Made by a program: the position numbers and the translations under genes. Shown here one piece after another: positions 9,451 to 18,652 of a stretch of 64,000 nucleotides of DNA; positions within the stretch are counted from its first letter, which is position 1; each line of letters opens with the position of its first letter. The notes under the pieces are model-generated. The model worked only from the letters and a program-made list of their open reading frames with translations. It was not told the DNA's origin and searched no databases. This stretch comes from a candidate division WOR-3 bacterium UBA5631 (GTDB lineage Bacteria > Hydrothermota > Hydrothermia > UBA1063): assembly GCA_002421425.1 (NCBI GenBank), contig DIJZ01000024.1, positions 349 through 64,348 of the forward strand, given 5' to 3'.

Positions 9451-10908
9451 TTACAGTACCTTTGCGATCTCTGTAATGAGCTCTTTGATCTTAATCTTCA
9501 CCAGTGCAATCTTCATGCTCTTAACAGGGATAACTGCAACGATAATCAAACTGCCGTTCCTAGCGTCTGTAATGAGAATATGATACTTATCTGAAGCAAG
9601 AGTAATATCTTTTATCGTGCCAATTGATGTCCTGGAAGCAGATTGGATAATGTTCTTGAAAGCAGGTGCCCAAATCTTGAGTACCTGTGTGACACCCGTA
9701 GAAATCCGTTCTGAGATATTTAAAATGTTCCCTTCTCCATCAATGGCAACAAGGGCCTGAATGTCAGATATTTCTTTTACGACACTGGCACACTTATCTC
9801 GCAATTCCTGACTTAGTTTCGATGTTACAACTTTGGCTTCTTCTGAGGGTCCTTCGATTTTTCTTTCTGTGACATGTTCTATTTCCTGAACTGGAATCTC
9901 AATCTCTTCCCTTTCTAACTCCTCAGAGGCTGGGGCTACTTCCTTTTCTTCTTTCTCAGCATGTTCTTCAATTTTCTCAACATGAGAAACTTCCAGTGGA
10001 ACCTCTTCACCCATACCCTCAAGCAAACTCTCAACTTCCTCTAAAGTCACCACAGGCTCTTCTTTTTCCGGTTCTTCAATAGAAGGTTTGACTTCAGGAA
10101 CTTCTTCTATCGGGACAACAAAACTCTCTTCCTCAATAGGAACTTCCGCCTTAGGTGCCTCTGCCTCCTCGGAAACTCCCTCATCTTTAAAGAGCTCCGA
10201 GAGTGCCTGTAGATCTATCCCAGATATTTCCTCCTGAACTGCTACCTCTTCATCCTTTTGGACGGCAGCAGAGAGAAGCAAAGCGTGAAAAGGTTTTTCG
10301 ATTTCCCTCTTAACCTTCGGGCTACCCCACTTTACTTTAAAGGAGCTATCCGGTTCCCTTAGTATCCTGTTGAATGCCTCTTCACCTCTTAATTTCCCTA
10401 TGGAAGCATTAACTACCTCACCCTCCTCAAGGAAAATTTTTCCTTCTCCCTCAGAGGTATTTACCATTACTTCACAGGATTTGCCTTCCATCGATACAAG
10501 TTGCAGGAACTGTTGTAACGTAAGGTTCTTCAGTGTTTCTTCCTCTCCACCTTTCTCTTTCTCAACTATAACCCCAAGAATCTGGTCGAAATCAAAGGGT
10601 TTCTCCAAGTAGCTTATTGCACCTTTTGCCATTACGTCTTGCCTTATCTCGTCGGAACCATAGGCAGTCATAACGATCACTTTAATTTCTGGCTGTACTT
10701 TTCTGGTCTCCATGAGAAGCTCCACGCCGCTTAGACCCGGCATTCTAATATCCGTTATCAAAAAATCAAACTGTTTCTTCTTTATTTTCTCGAGGGCCTC
10801 AAGTCCGTTTGATGCCGTATCCACATCTATCTTATTTCGGCTAAGTTCTTCGGAAAGTCCCCAGAGAATGTCCTCTTCATCATCAACGATAAGAACCCTG
10901 ATGGGCAT
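9451..10908 (-). CDS. response-regulator receiver / DUF4388-like / poly-Glu linker / C-terminal Roadblock-LC7 hybrid protein
   Basis: The N-terminal REC domain has VLIVDDEE, DIRMPGLSG and a VMTAYG-type motif. The middle region (TLQQFLQLVSMEGKSCEVMV…) resembles DUF4388/PATAN-like domains. A roughly 150-aa E/P/V-rich acidic low-complexity stretch follows. The C-terminal ~110 aa (ALVAIDGEGNILNISE…) is roadblock-like. Confidence 0.6.
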   Translation of the reverse strand: MPIRVLIVDDEEDILWGLSEELSRNKIDVDTASNGLEALEKIKKKQFDFLITDIRMPGLSGVELLMETRKVQPEIKVIVMTAYGSDEIRQDVMAKGAISYLEKPFDFDQILGVIVEKEKGGEEETLKNLTLQQFLQLVSMEGKSCEVMVNTSEGEGKIFLEEGEVVNASIGKLRGEEAFNRILREPDSSFKVKWGSPKVKREIEKPFHALLLSAAVQKDEEVAVQEEISGIDLQALSELFKDEGVSEEAEAPKAEVPIEEESFVVPIEEVPEVKPSIEEPEKEEPVVTLEEVESLLEGMGEEVPLEVSHVEKIEEHAEKEEKEVAPASEELEREEIEIPVQEIEHVTERKIEGPSEEAKVVTSKLSQELRDKCASVVKEISDIQALVAIDGEGNILNISERISTGVTQVLKIWAPAFKNIIQSASRTSIGTIKDITLASDKYHILITDARNGSLIIVAVIPVKSMKIALVKIKIKELITEIAKVL

Positions 10909-10920
10909 AATTACACCTCC

Positions 10921-12303
10921 TTATCCTTTTTTCAAACAACCCATTGCTTCGGGTGTTATAGTATGAAAGTATAGCACAAAACTCGTGCCTTTTCCAACTT
11001 CTGAAAACACCCTAATCAAACCCTTGTTTTCCTTCACCATTTTGTCCACTACATATAGCCCAAGCCCCCATCCCTCAGCCTTCGTGGAGAAACCAAGGTT
11101 AAAAATCCTCTCAATATCTTCCTTCTTTATACCTGGTCCTGTATCTCTGACAGCTATTTCCAGAAAGTTGCTACCACAGTAAGGGCATCTCGTATCACTC
11201 CTCTTAGCAACAACCTGAATCTTACGTAACCCCCTGACATTCTTCATCGCATCAATTGCATTCTGCACAAGATCGGAAAGGATCTGCTGGAAATGAACCT
11301 CATCGGCATATATAGAGTCATTTCCATCCTGGGCAAACTCAAAAATAATTCCATTGTTAATAATGTCATTGCTCAGGAGGGATTTTACCCTATCAACGAC
11401 CTTTTTCACGTTACACTTCTTGAATTCAGTGGGTTTGGTCTTTACTCTGCTATAAAACGCCCTTACATGATGATTAATCTTATCGATATGCTTTATCATT
11501 CTATCGACCATTTCAAGGTGTACCGGCGAATCCAGTTGCCTCTTCAGGTTTAATGCTGTGAATTTCAAAGGAGTAAGTAGATTTTTTATGTGATGAGTAT
11601 AAATAGAAACCAGATCTACATATGAAAAATAACCCCCTGGTCCACCTGCAGATTTTTCAAAATTCTTTTCTTCGGTAATATCCTTCAACTTGATAATATA
11701 GCCTTTCAATTCGGCCTGCTCCAGATGGTATACATTTACTCCCACATACTGCCCGGGAACATATTCCAGATCAATGTTTTTCTGACCGAGACGTATTCTC
11801 TCAATTAACTTATTTCCGAGACCAAAGGGCAGTTGTTCGAGATGAACAAAGGTGTGTCTCTGAAAATAACTTGAAATGAAATTGTTATGAAACAAAACTC
11901 TGAAGTCCTTGTCTACGACTATTATTCCAAAATCCAGGTAATCAAGTACGGCTTTTTCTGGCCCTTCAGACTCTTCCTTTTTCAGGAACAAGAATATCTT
12001 TTCACCAGAAGCAAAAAACGTCATTACGTAAGGAACGTAAGTGTTTTCTCTGCTCCTCAAAATCACCCTCTGTCCAAAGAAAATTCTGTTCGTAGCCTCA
12101 TTTAGCTTCCTCTCCACTAAAGGTCTGACATGCCCCGCAACAAAATTCATGAAGTTATTGCTGAGGACCTCTTCTTCCGAATATCCAAGTGCCTTAATGC
12201 CATCACTTGCATAAAGAATGTATTTCTTTCCATCAAGAATAAGGTATATATCGGAACTTAATGAGAGTAACCTGTCTATTTCGCTGGTGCCAACAATTTC
12301 CAT
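10921..12303 (-). CDS. cytoplasmic PAS-domain sensor histidine kinase
   Basis: No TM segments. It has N-terminal PAS-like repeats, an H-box THHIKNLLTPL, an N-box LVQNAIDAM, G1 VRDTGPGI and G2 GWGLGLYV. Confidence 0.75.
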   Translation of the reverse strand: MEIVGTSEIDRLLSLSSDIYLILDGKKYILYASDGIKALGYSEEEVLSNNFMNFVAGHVRPLVERKLNEATNRIFFGQRVILRSRENTYVPYVMTFFASGEKIFLFLKKEESEGPEKAVLDYLDFGIIVVDKDFRVLFHNNFISSYFQRHTFVHLEQLPFGLGNKLIERIRLGQKNIDLEYVPGQYVGVNVYHLEQAELKGYIIKLKDITEEKNFEKSAGGPGGYFSYVDLVSIYTHHIKNLLTPLKFTALNLKRQLDSPVHLEMVDRMIKHIDKINHHVRAFYSRVKTKPTEFKKCNVKKVVDRVKSLLSNDIINNGIIFEFAQDGNDSIYADEVHFQQILSDLVQNAIDAMKNVRGLRKIQVVAKRSDTRCPYCGSNFLEIAVRDTGPGIKKEDIERIFNLGFSTKAEGWGLGLYVVDKMVKENKGLIRVFSEVGKGTSFVLYFHTITPEAMGCLKKG

Positions 12304-12312
12304 TAATATAAC

Positions 12313-13593
12313 CTATTCAGATAAGATCTGCAGCGCAAAGGAGGAATTATGAAACCATTTATACTCTGGTTTAGGCCTCAAGAATTCGCCAAAAGTCGTA
12401 AATCCAATAACAGGAACTGCAAGTTTCCTCTGAAACAAGTTCACCTCAGAGAAGAAATCCGCCCCAAGAGAAAAATAGCGATGAAGGCTCTCCATTACAA
12501 TCGCACCAAGGGGTTTATGTTGATCAACATAAGTAAAAGCTTCATCTATACTCTGAGATACTGCTTCCGTCATCCTGTCTTTTCTCGCTTCCATTAACCA
12601 AACTGTTGAATTCTCTGGTATGTCTCCCGCTAACTTGATCCCACCTTCTCTCGTAATCCCGACAGCAATCCTCACTTTTGGATATTTTGGAAAATTCGGA
12701 TCTGGAACCCCAAACTGGTATCTACCAAGAAATTGTGTAGGATCTTTAATAATTTCTGCCTCTGATATTCCTTTCTTAACGAGGAACTCTTTCCAGACCT
12801 CAAAGGCAGGGCGGTCATCCAGGTGATATATTATGTTTCCGCCAACTTTTGTGGCTCTCTTGGGAACTATCGGATGCAGACCGTGACCGTATCCCATAGC
12901 TGCTGGATTCTTCGAATAAATCCCAATGCATACGATTCCACCGTTTACAACCTGGTTGGCAACGTGTAACTGACATTCCTTCGATAGCTCGGCAAAATCT
13001 AAAATTCCTCCATAGAACGAAATACCCGGGTCATACCTGTCTACAATCCTTGACAACTCGGTGACAAGGACATCTCCATTAATGTATGAATCCATTAACA
13101 GGAAAAGATTTAAGAATTCGTAACCTTCTGCTTTTCTTGCCCTGATCTGGTCGAGTATGGGTAAGCACGCCTTTTCCAGCGCAGAGTGAAGGCCCTGGTG
13201 TATATTAGCACCAAAAGAGTATATAATCCTGAAAGAATCACTCTTCACTACAGCAGCAATCACTCCTGAAGATACTATCTGCCCCTCATTAAAGATCACT
13301 CCGAGCGTCTTTACACCAACGTAAGGCACATCCTTTCCAACAGATTGCAGCACGCCTTTTACAACAGGTTCAAGTTCATAACCAGCCGTTGCACCAATCA
13401 GAACAAAATCTGGTTTTGCCCTTGAAAGTTTTTCCCACGCACTCTTACCAGCTTGAACTCCAGCCTTCCAGGGCGAGGGATCTTCTGAAATACCAGTAGT
13501 CATTCCAGTCACATAAATAGGCCGTTCAGATGTTACTTCCCCCTCTGCCCCTTTACCCACGCCTATTTTAGGGGCAGTAGGTTCTCTTTGCAT
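12313..13593 (-). CDS. FIST-domain sensory protein (FIST_N + FIST_C)
   Basis: It is a roughly 400-aa soluble protein whose C-terminus PVIGFTTFGEF matches the FIST_C GFY(S/T)YGEI signature. The N-terminal region is FIST_N-like. It sits 10 nt upstream of the histidine kinase. Confidence 0.55.
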   Translation of the reverse strand: MQREPTAPKIGVGKGAEGEVTSERPIYVTGMTTGISEDPSPWKAGVQAGKSAWEKLSRAKPDFVLIGATAGYELEPVVKGVLQSVGKDVPYVGVKTLGVIFNEGQIVSSGVIAAVVKSDSFRIIYSFGANIHQGLHSALEKACLPILDQIRARKAEGYEFLNLFLLMDSYINGDVLVTELSRIVDRYDPGISFYGGILDFAELSKECQLHVANQVVNGGIVCIGIYSKNPAAMGYGHGLHPIVPKRATKVGGNIIYHLDDRPAFEVWKEFLVKKGISEAEIIKDPTQFLGRYQFGVPDPNFPKYPKVRIAVGITREGGIKLAGDIPENSTVWLMEARKDRMTEAVSQSIDEAFTYVDQHKPLGAIVMESLHRYFSLGADFFSEVNLFQRKLAVPVIGFTTFGEFLRPKPEYKWFHNSSFALQILSE

Positions 13594-13696
13594 TTTCTTC
13601 CACCAATCATCGTTCAGGAAAATTTTCTAATCCTCCTTTTAGTCACTCTATATTAATAAAGCAAATTCAGTCAAAAGTCAAGAAGTCCCGTTTGTT

Positions 13697-16192
13697 TTAT
13701 TTATTTGACGCGGAAAGCCAGCTGTCCCCCACTCCAATCTCTACTCTCAGAGGGACACTAAGAGTTACATTTGCTTCCATTTTTTCCTTCACTATTTCCT
13801 TAGCTGCCTCTACCTCTGTCTCGGGCACTTCCAGGAGCAATTCATCGTGAACCTGCAATATTATGCGGGAATTCATCGATTTTCTTTTAAACTCCTCATA
13901 TATTTCTACCATACCGAGCTTGATAATATCGGCAGCCGTCCCCTGAATAGGCGTATTGATGGCGATTCTTCTACCCTGTTCAAATAGATTTGGGTCTCCA
14001 GAATTCAAATACGGAATACGGCGTATCCTACCGAATAGTGTCTTCACGAAACCGTTCTTCTGTGCGAAATCGACATTCAGCTGAATCCACTTCATTACAC
14101 CCGGGAAAGATGCAAAGAAGTTTTGAATAATTGCCTCTGCCTCACTTTGAGTCACATTTAATTCTTTGGCAAGTCCGTAGGGAGAAATGCCATAAATAAT
14201 TCCAAAGTTTACGGTTTTTGCTTTCCTCCTCTCACTTTCTGTGATCTCCTGGATCCGTTTGCGAAAAATATAGGAGGCAGTCATAGAATGAACATCCAGA
14301 TTATTCTCAAAGATCTCCTTAAGATTCTTATCTCCCGAAAAATGAGCAAGGATTCGCAGCTCAATCTGAGAGTAGTCAGCGGTCATAATCTTGTAACCCT
14401 TTTCAGGTACAATAATGTCCCTAACACTTCTTCCAAGTTCTGACCTCACAGGGATAGTCTGAAAGTTTGGATTTACGCAGGAAATCCTTCCCGTTGCTGC
14501 GCCTACCTGATTGTACGTAGGAAAAATCCGGTGACTCTTTTGATCCACGAGGTTTATAAACGCGTCAACATAGGCACTCTTCAGTTTAAAAACCTCCCTG
14601 TAATCGAGGATCGCTGCAGGAAGGGGATGAATCTCGGCGAGTTTTGCGAGAGTCTCCTCATCAGTAGAGTATCCTGTTTTTGTCTTCTTCACGGGCTTCA
14701 ATTTATGCTTCGTAAAAAGGACTTCTGCGATCTGCTTGGGTGAATTAATGTTAAACTTCGTTCCCGCCAAATCGTAAATCTTCTCCTTAATCTCCTCTAG
14801 ATTTCTGGCCATCTCTTCGCTCATTTTTTCTATTTTGTCGACATCAATCTTAATTCCAACTTCTTCCATATCCGCAAGGACTTTCTGGAGTGGGAGTTCG
14901 ATCTTCTCCAGAACTTCCTGAAGGCACCACCGCTGAATTTCCTTTTGAAGTAAATTATAGGCAATTCTAGAGGCAGCGCAAATCTCTGCGACCCTTCGTT
15001 CTTCGTTATCCCGAGAAAGTCCGATACCTGAATATTCGAGAAAAATTGTCTCCGGGTCGAATTTTGGTCTATCACTGTCAAGCAAAAATGCGGAAATCAG
15101 AATATCAAAATCAAAATGAATGGTCTTCTTTATTTTTTTGAACTGCTTCTTCGTTTCGAAGGATATAATTCTACCACGGAATTTGTCAAGGAATTGAATA
15201 CCAGCATCTAGAGGAATCCTGTAGACCACCTTTCCATTAGAAGAAATTAAGACATTTTCATTGAAACATTCAACAGAAATTACCTCTGCATTCAGCAAAT
15301 CCATAGGAATGAATGTTGTTTCAACCAACTCTACACTGGGTTTTTGAGCAATTTCTCGCATAAGTGAGTAAAATTCCATTTCACCAAAAACCTTGAAAAG
15401 CTTCTCCTTATTCCACTCCCTGACTCTTAAATCCTCTAGATCGAATTCTATTGGGATGTTATCCCTGAGTTTAACAAGGCTAAGTGCCTCAAAGAACCTA
15501 TCCTTGTAGGACTTTATGTGTTCAATTATCTCGTCTTTTACGTCAGGACTTTCCATCCTTTCAATGATGTTTCCATAGTTTCTTATGAGTTCTGCAGCAG
15601 TTTTTTCTCCTATGCCCGGGATTCCCGGGACGTTATCAATCTTATCACCTGTTAGAGCAAGAAGAATCGGAATGTCCTGAGGTTTAACACCAAACCTATC
15701 TTCAATGTCTTTTTCAGTTAGAATCTTAACTTCTCCCTGCCTCGTGTCAACGATTTTTATGCGCTCACTCACAAGCTGAAAAAGATCTTTATCCAAAGAA
15801 GCAATGAAGACCTCCATTCCCCGTCGTTCAGCCTCTTTACCGAGAGAAGCAATCACATCATCAGCTTCCACCTCAGGAATTTCAAATCTCTTTATGTTGA
15901 ATCCATCAAGTATTTCTTTAATATAGGACAACTGTATTACAAGGTCAAGAGGTGTCTTTGGCCTCTGGGCCTTATAGTCTTCAAAGATCTCGTGCCGGAA
16001 AGTTTTACCCTTTGCATCAAATATAACAGCAATATGTGTCGGCTTTATCTCATTCAGGAGCTTGAGCAAAGAGTTTGTAAAAGCGTAGGGCGCACTGGTT
16101 TTGATTCCCTTGCTACTTATGAGTGGTTTGTCTTTAAATGCAAAATAGGATCTGTAAGCCAGCGAAGCACCATCAATCAAGAGTAATCTCAT
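13697..16192 (-). CDS. polA: DNA polymerase I
   Basis: The N-terminus is a 5'-3' exonuclease (MRLLLIDGASLAYRSYFA). The C-terminal polymerase domain has motifs DYSQIELRILAH, RRKAKTVNFGIIYG and QVHDELL. Confidence 0.9.
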   Translation of the reverse strand: MRLLLIDGASLAYRSYFAFKDKPLISSKGIKTSAPYAFTNSLLKLLNEIKPTHIAVIFDAKGKTFRHEIFEDYKAQRPKTPLDLVIQLSYIKEILDGFNIKRFEIPEVEADDVIASLGKEAERRGMEVFIASLDKDLFQLVSERIKIVDTRQGEVKILTEKDIEDRFGVKPQDIPILLALTGDKIDNVPGIPGIGEKTAAELIRNYGNIIERMESPDVKDEIIEHIKSYKDRFFEALSLVKLRDNIPIEFDLEDLRVREWNKEKLFKVFGEMEFYSLMREIAQKPSVELVETTFIPMDLLNAEVISVECFNENVLISSNGKVVYRIPLDAGIQFLDKFRGRIISFETKKQFKKIKKTIHFDFDILISAFLLDSDRPKFDPETIFLEYSGIGLSRDNEERRVAEICAASRIAYNLLQKEIQRWCLQEVLEKIELPLQKVLADMEEVGIKIDVDKIEKMSEEMARNLEEIKEKIYDLAGTKFNINSPKQIAEVLFTKHKLKPVKKTKTGYSTDEETLAKLAEIHPLPAAILDYREVFKLKSAYVDAFINLVDQKSHRIFPTYNQVGAATGRISCVNPNFQTIPVRSELGRSVRDIIVPEKGYKIMTADYSQIELRILAHFSGDKNLKEIFENNLDVHSMTASYIFRKRIQEITESERRKAKTVNFGIIYGISPYGLAKELNVTQSEAEAIIQNFFASFPGVMKWIQLNVDFAQKNGFVKTLFGRIRRIPYLNSGDPNLFEQGRRIAINTPIQGTAADIIKLGMVEIYEEFKRKSMNSRIILQVHDELLLEVPETEVEAAKEIVKEKMEANVTLSVPLRVEIGVGDSWLSASNK

Positions 16193-16227
16193 AAAAATAT
16201 TATAAAGTCTTGATCACAATCACTATT

Positions 16228-16626
16228 TTAATTGAAAAACCTGCTTTTTAGGAGTCCATAAAAAATCTGGGCTGCAACAAGCGAAATTGCAAGGATTCCG
16301 TAAATTCTGTGAACATTTCTACTCAACTTTCTTCTTCTGAAAAGAATCCCACTGAGCAACGTAAAGGAAACGTATATGTATATAGCTAATCCAAGAATGC
16401 AATGAACATTCGCTAAACCCCTAAAGAGAACGAGCATAAAACCTACCGCAAAGGTCATCAGTACAATTGTTACAAAAATAAAGAAATGGTGCCTTCTTAG
16501 ATTGTGCCTCTTCGCAAAGATAACTGCCATAATTACCGAAAACAACGCTAACAAATTTGCTACCAGATGAAGGACAATCAAGATATCACCTCCCAATCTG
16601 AATTGTAGTTGAACCCTTGAACACAT
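16228..16626 (-). CDS. hypothetical 4-TM membrane protein (His-rich, possible b-type cytochrome partner)
   Basis: It has four hydrophobic helices with conserved His/Arg at the helix ends. It overlaps the upstream secreted protein gene, so the start is probably internal. Confidence 0.3.
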   Translation of the reverse strand: MCSRVQLQFRLGGDILIVLHLVANLLALFSVIMAVIFAKRHNLRRHHFFIFVTIVLMTFAVGFMLVLFRGLANVHCILGLAIYIYVSFTLLSGILFRRRKLSRNVHRIYGILAISLVAAQIFYGLLKSRFFN

Positions 16627-17164
16627 CGTGCTTTCTTTTCAGATTGCTGTCCCTGGCAGAGGCAAAGATGATTTTAACCTTTTTCCCCTCAGCAACGGGC
16701 CTGTCAAAGGGATCTCTGGTATCAAGGAGCCTTTTGAACTCCACCACTACATATAGAGAATCTCTTTTCCCAGCTGAAACAATCAAATCCTCCCTCCCTC
16801 CAAAATCGGTATCTGCCTTGTGAGGACCGTAGATTCCTCTGGAATATGCATCTATGATCTTCACCTTACTCCCTTCGTCATATGCAATAATCATATCCGC
16901 ACCTTTCATTGCCACCTCGGGATCTATTCCGAGACCGACCCATCCCTTGCTTTTCACCTTTACTGCAGCATAGATATAAAGGCTATCGATAAAATAGTAA
17001 AAAAAGAATTCACCCGGTTTCAGTTCCACAACATACTTGTATTCAGTTTTTCCAATAATGCCATCAGCCTTCCAGCCAGCCCCATTGCCCTCCTGTCCCC
17101 AGGATAATGAACATGTTGCAGCACACAAAATATACATAGTTACCTTTCTCAGGTCCACTCTCAT
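16586..17164 (-). CDS. secreted hypothetical protein, DOMON-like beta-sandwich (tentative)
   Basis: It has a signal peptide (MRVDLRKVTMYILCAATCSLSWG). The pattern of beta strands and a conserved Met/His is consistent with DOMON/ethylbenzene-dehydrogenase-like heme-binding domains. Similarity is weak. Confidence 0.35.
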   Translation of the reverse strand: MRVDLRKVTMYILCAATCSLSWGQEGNGAGWKADGIIGKTEYKYVVELKPGEFFFYYFIDSLYIYAAVKVKSKGWVGLGIDPEVAMKGADMIIAYDEGSKVKIIDAYSRGIYGPHKADTDFGGREDLIVSAGKRDSLYVVVEFKRLLDTRDPFDRPVAEGKKVKIIFASARDSNLKRKHDVFKGSTTIQIGR

Positions 17165-17278
17165 ACTTCCTCCTCAATATTGATACTAATTTTAAAGCAC
17201 AGACCAAGACTTCATTTGAAAAAGAAAAAAGGCACGGAACGTATAACTTTCCCTGTATTGCATTATACTTATATTACT

Positions 17279-17764
17279 ATGATTAAAAGGTCGCTGTTTA
17301 TAATACTGATTGGAGTTTCGGTGCTCTCAGCCCGCACAGCGGGCTCCATGTTTCGAATTGGTGCAAACACATCCGTGCTATTTGAAAACGGAAATGCATA
17401 CCCCGTCATTGGCATTACCGCTGGATTCTACCCAGTAAACTTCTTCTTCATGGAGGGGAGTGGGGAATATGTTTTCAGAAATGATTATAAAGAATTCGCT
17501 CTTCCGGTCACAGCAAACTTAGCATATAAAACCAGATACTTTCAGCCCTATGCAGGGGCTGGCATTGCCTACCATCTTTACGACTATTCAGATCATGATG
17601 AACATTCCTTCGGAGCGAGGGTCAAAACGGGTGTGACACTTTTCGATACCAAGGGGGCTTCAGGTTCCTTCGAAGTAACTTACGATGTCCCAGACCTGAA
17701 AGGCTCTAAAGGCAGATGGTACTTCACAGGAAGACTTGATAAGAGTTTTAACCTGCAATTTTGA
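17279..17764 (+). CDS. putative outer-membrane beta-barrel protein (OmpW/opacity-like)
   Basis: I start at internal ATG 17279 (MIKRSLFIILIGVSVLSA signal peptide). It has alternating aromatic/Gly beta-strands and a C-terminal …SFNLQF. Confidence 0.45.
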   Translation: MIKRSLFIILIGVSVLSARTAGSMFRIGANTSVLFENGNAYPVIGITAGFYPVNFFFMEGSGEYVFRNDYKEFALPVTANLAYKTRYFQPYAGAGIAYHLYDYSDHDEHSFGARVKTGVTLFDTKGASGSFEVTYDVPDLKGSKGRWYFTGRLDKSFNLQF

Positions 17765-17772
17765 GAAAACAG

Positions 17773-17801
17773 TTGAATTAACGAATATAAGCTCTTAACA
17801 T
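17773..17801 (+). promoter_or_regulatory. sigma70-like promoter TTGAAT, 17 nt spacer, TAACAT; 8 nt before ATG 17810
   Basis: TTGAAT is at 17773-17778, followed by a 17-nt spacer and TAACAT at 17796-17801. The first ATG is at 17810 and there is no SD sequence. Confidence 0.35.
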
Positions 17802-17809
17802 TGATACAT

Positions 17810-18652
17810 ATGAAAGAGAGTGTTCGCGTTGGACTTGCGCAGATCTCTGCACGACTTGGGGATATAGAATATAACAAGTCTCAAATAATAAATTCCCTGA
17901 AGATAGCAAAGAACGAAGGTGCTGAGATTGTTATATTTCCTGAACTTGCAACAATCGGGTACGGTTCTGGGGATATCTACCTGGACAAAGTGGATGAGAA
18001 TCTTGACGCACTTGCACACATCGTGGAAGAGGCTGGCAGAATCGGCATCTGGGCGGTCGTGGGATATGTAGAGAAGGATGAGCGTGGTTTCTTCTATAAC
18101 GCAGCGGCTTTGATTGGTGAAGGAAGAATTCAGGGAAGATTCGCAAAAACCCAGCTGGTGAACTACAGATTGTTTGACGAAAAGAAATACTTTAAACCGG
18201 GATCTTTACTTCCGGTATTTGAGACCCCTTTTGGAAAGATTGGGATTCTCATAAGCGAGGATGTTTGGTTCCCTGAAGCTGCAAGAGCTTTAACCTTTAG
18301 GGGAGCCCAGCTGATTTTTGTTCTCTCTGCATCTCCCTTCGATAGAGGAAAAGTCGAAATCTGGGAGGATTTTCTCAAAGTAAGGGTACTTGACAACATC
18401 CTTCCAATTGTCTTCGTGAATATGAGCGGTGTCCAGGAAGGAGTTACTTATTGGGGTGGTAGTGCAGTATATTCAGCCTCAGGGAAAGTTGTAAAAAGGT
18501 TAAAGATTATAGAAACTGATTACGATACCGTCACCGTGGACCTCGAGGAATCCAAAAGGTTACGAAGAAGAGATATCAGAATCCGCGAAGTCAGAAAAGA
18601 AATCCTTGAAGAAGTACTTAGGGCCTTTGAGGAGATGACACGATGGATATAG
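17810..18652 (+). CDS. carbon-nitrogen hydrolase (nitrilase superfamily), glutaminase subunit of a split glutamine-dependent NAD synthetase
   Basis: It has the catalytic Glu context VIFPELATIGY and the Lys context RFAKTQL. The expected Cys motif reads GILISEDVWFPE, with Ser where Cys is expected. It overlaps nadE by 10 nt. Confidence 0.65.
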   Translation: MKESVRVGLAQISARLGDIEYNKSQIINSLKIAKNEGAEIVIFPELATIGYGSGDIYLDKVDENLDALAHIVEEAGRIGIWAVVGYVEKDERGFFYNAAALIGEGRIQGRFAKTQLVNYRLFDEKKYFKPGSLLPVFETPFGKIGILISEDVWFPEAARALTFRGAQLIFVLSASPFDRGKVEIWEDFLKVRVLDNILPIVFVNMSGVQEGVTYWGGSAVYSASGKVVKRLKIIETDYDTVTVDLEESKRLRRRDIRIREVRKEILEEVLRAFEEMTRWI

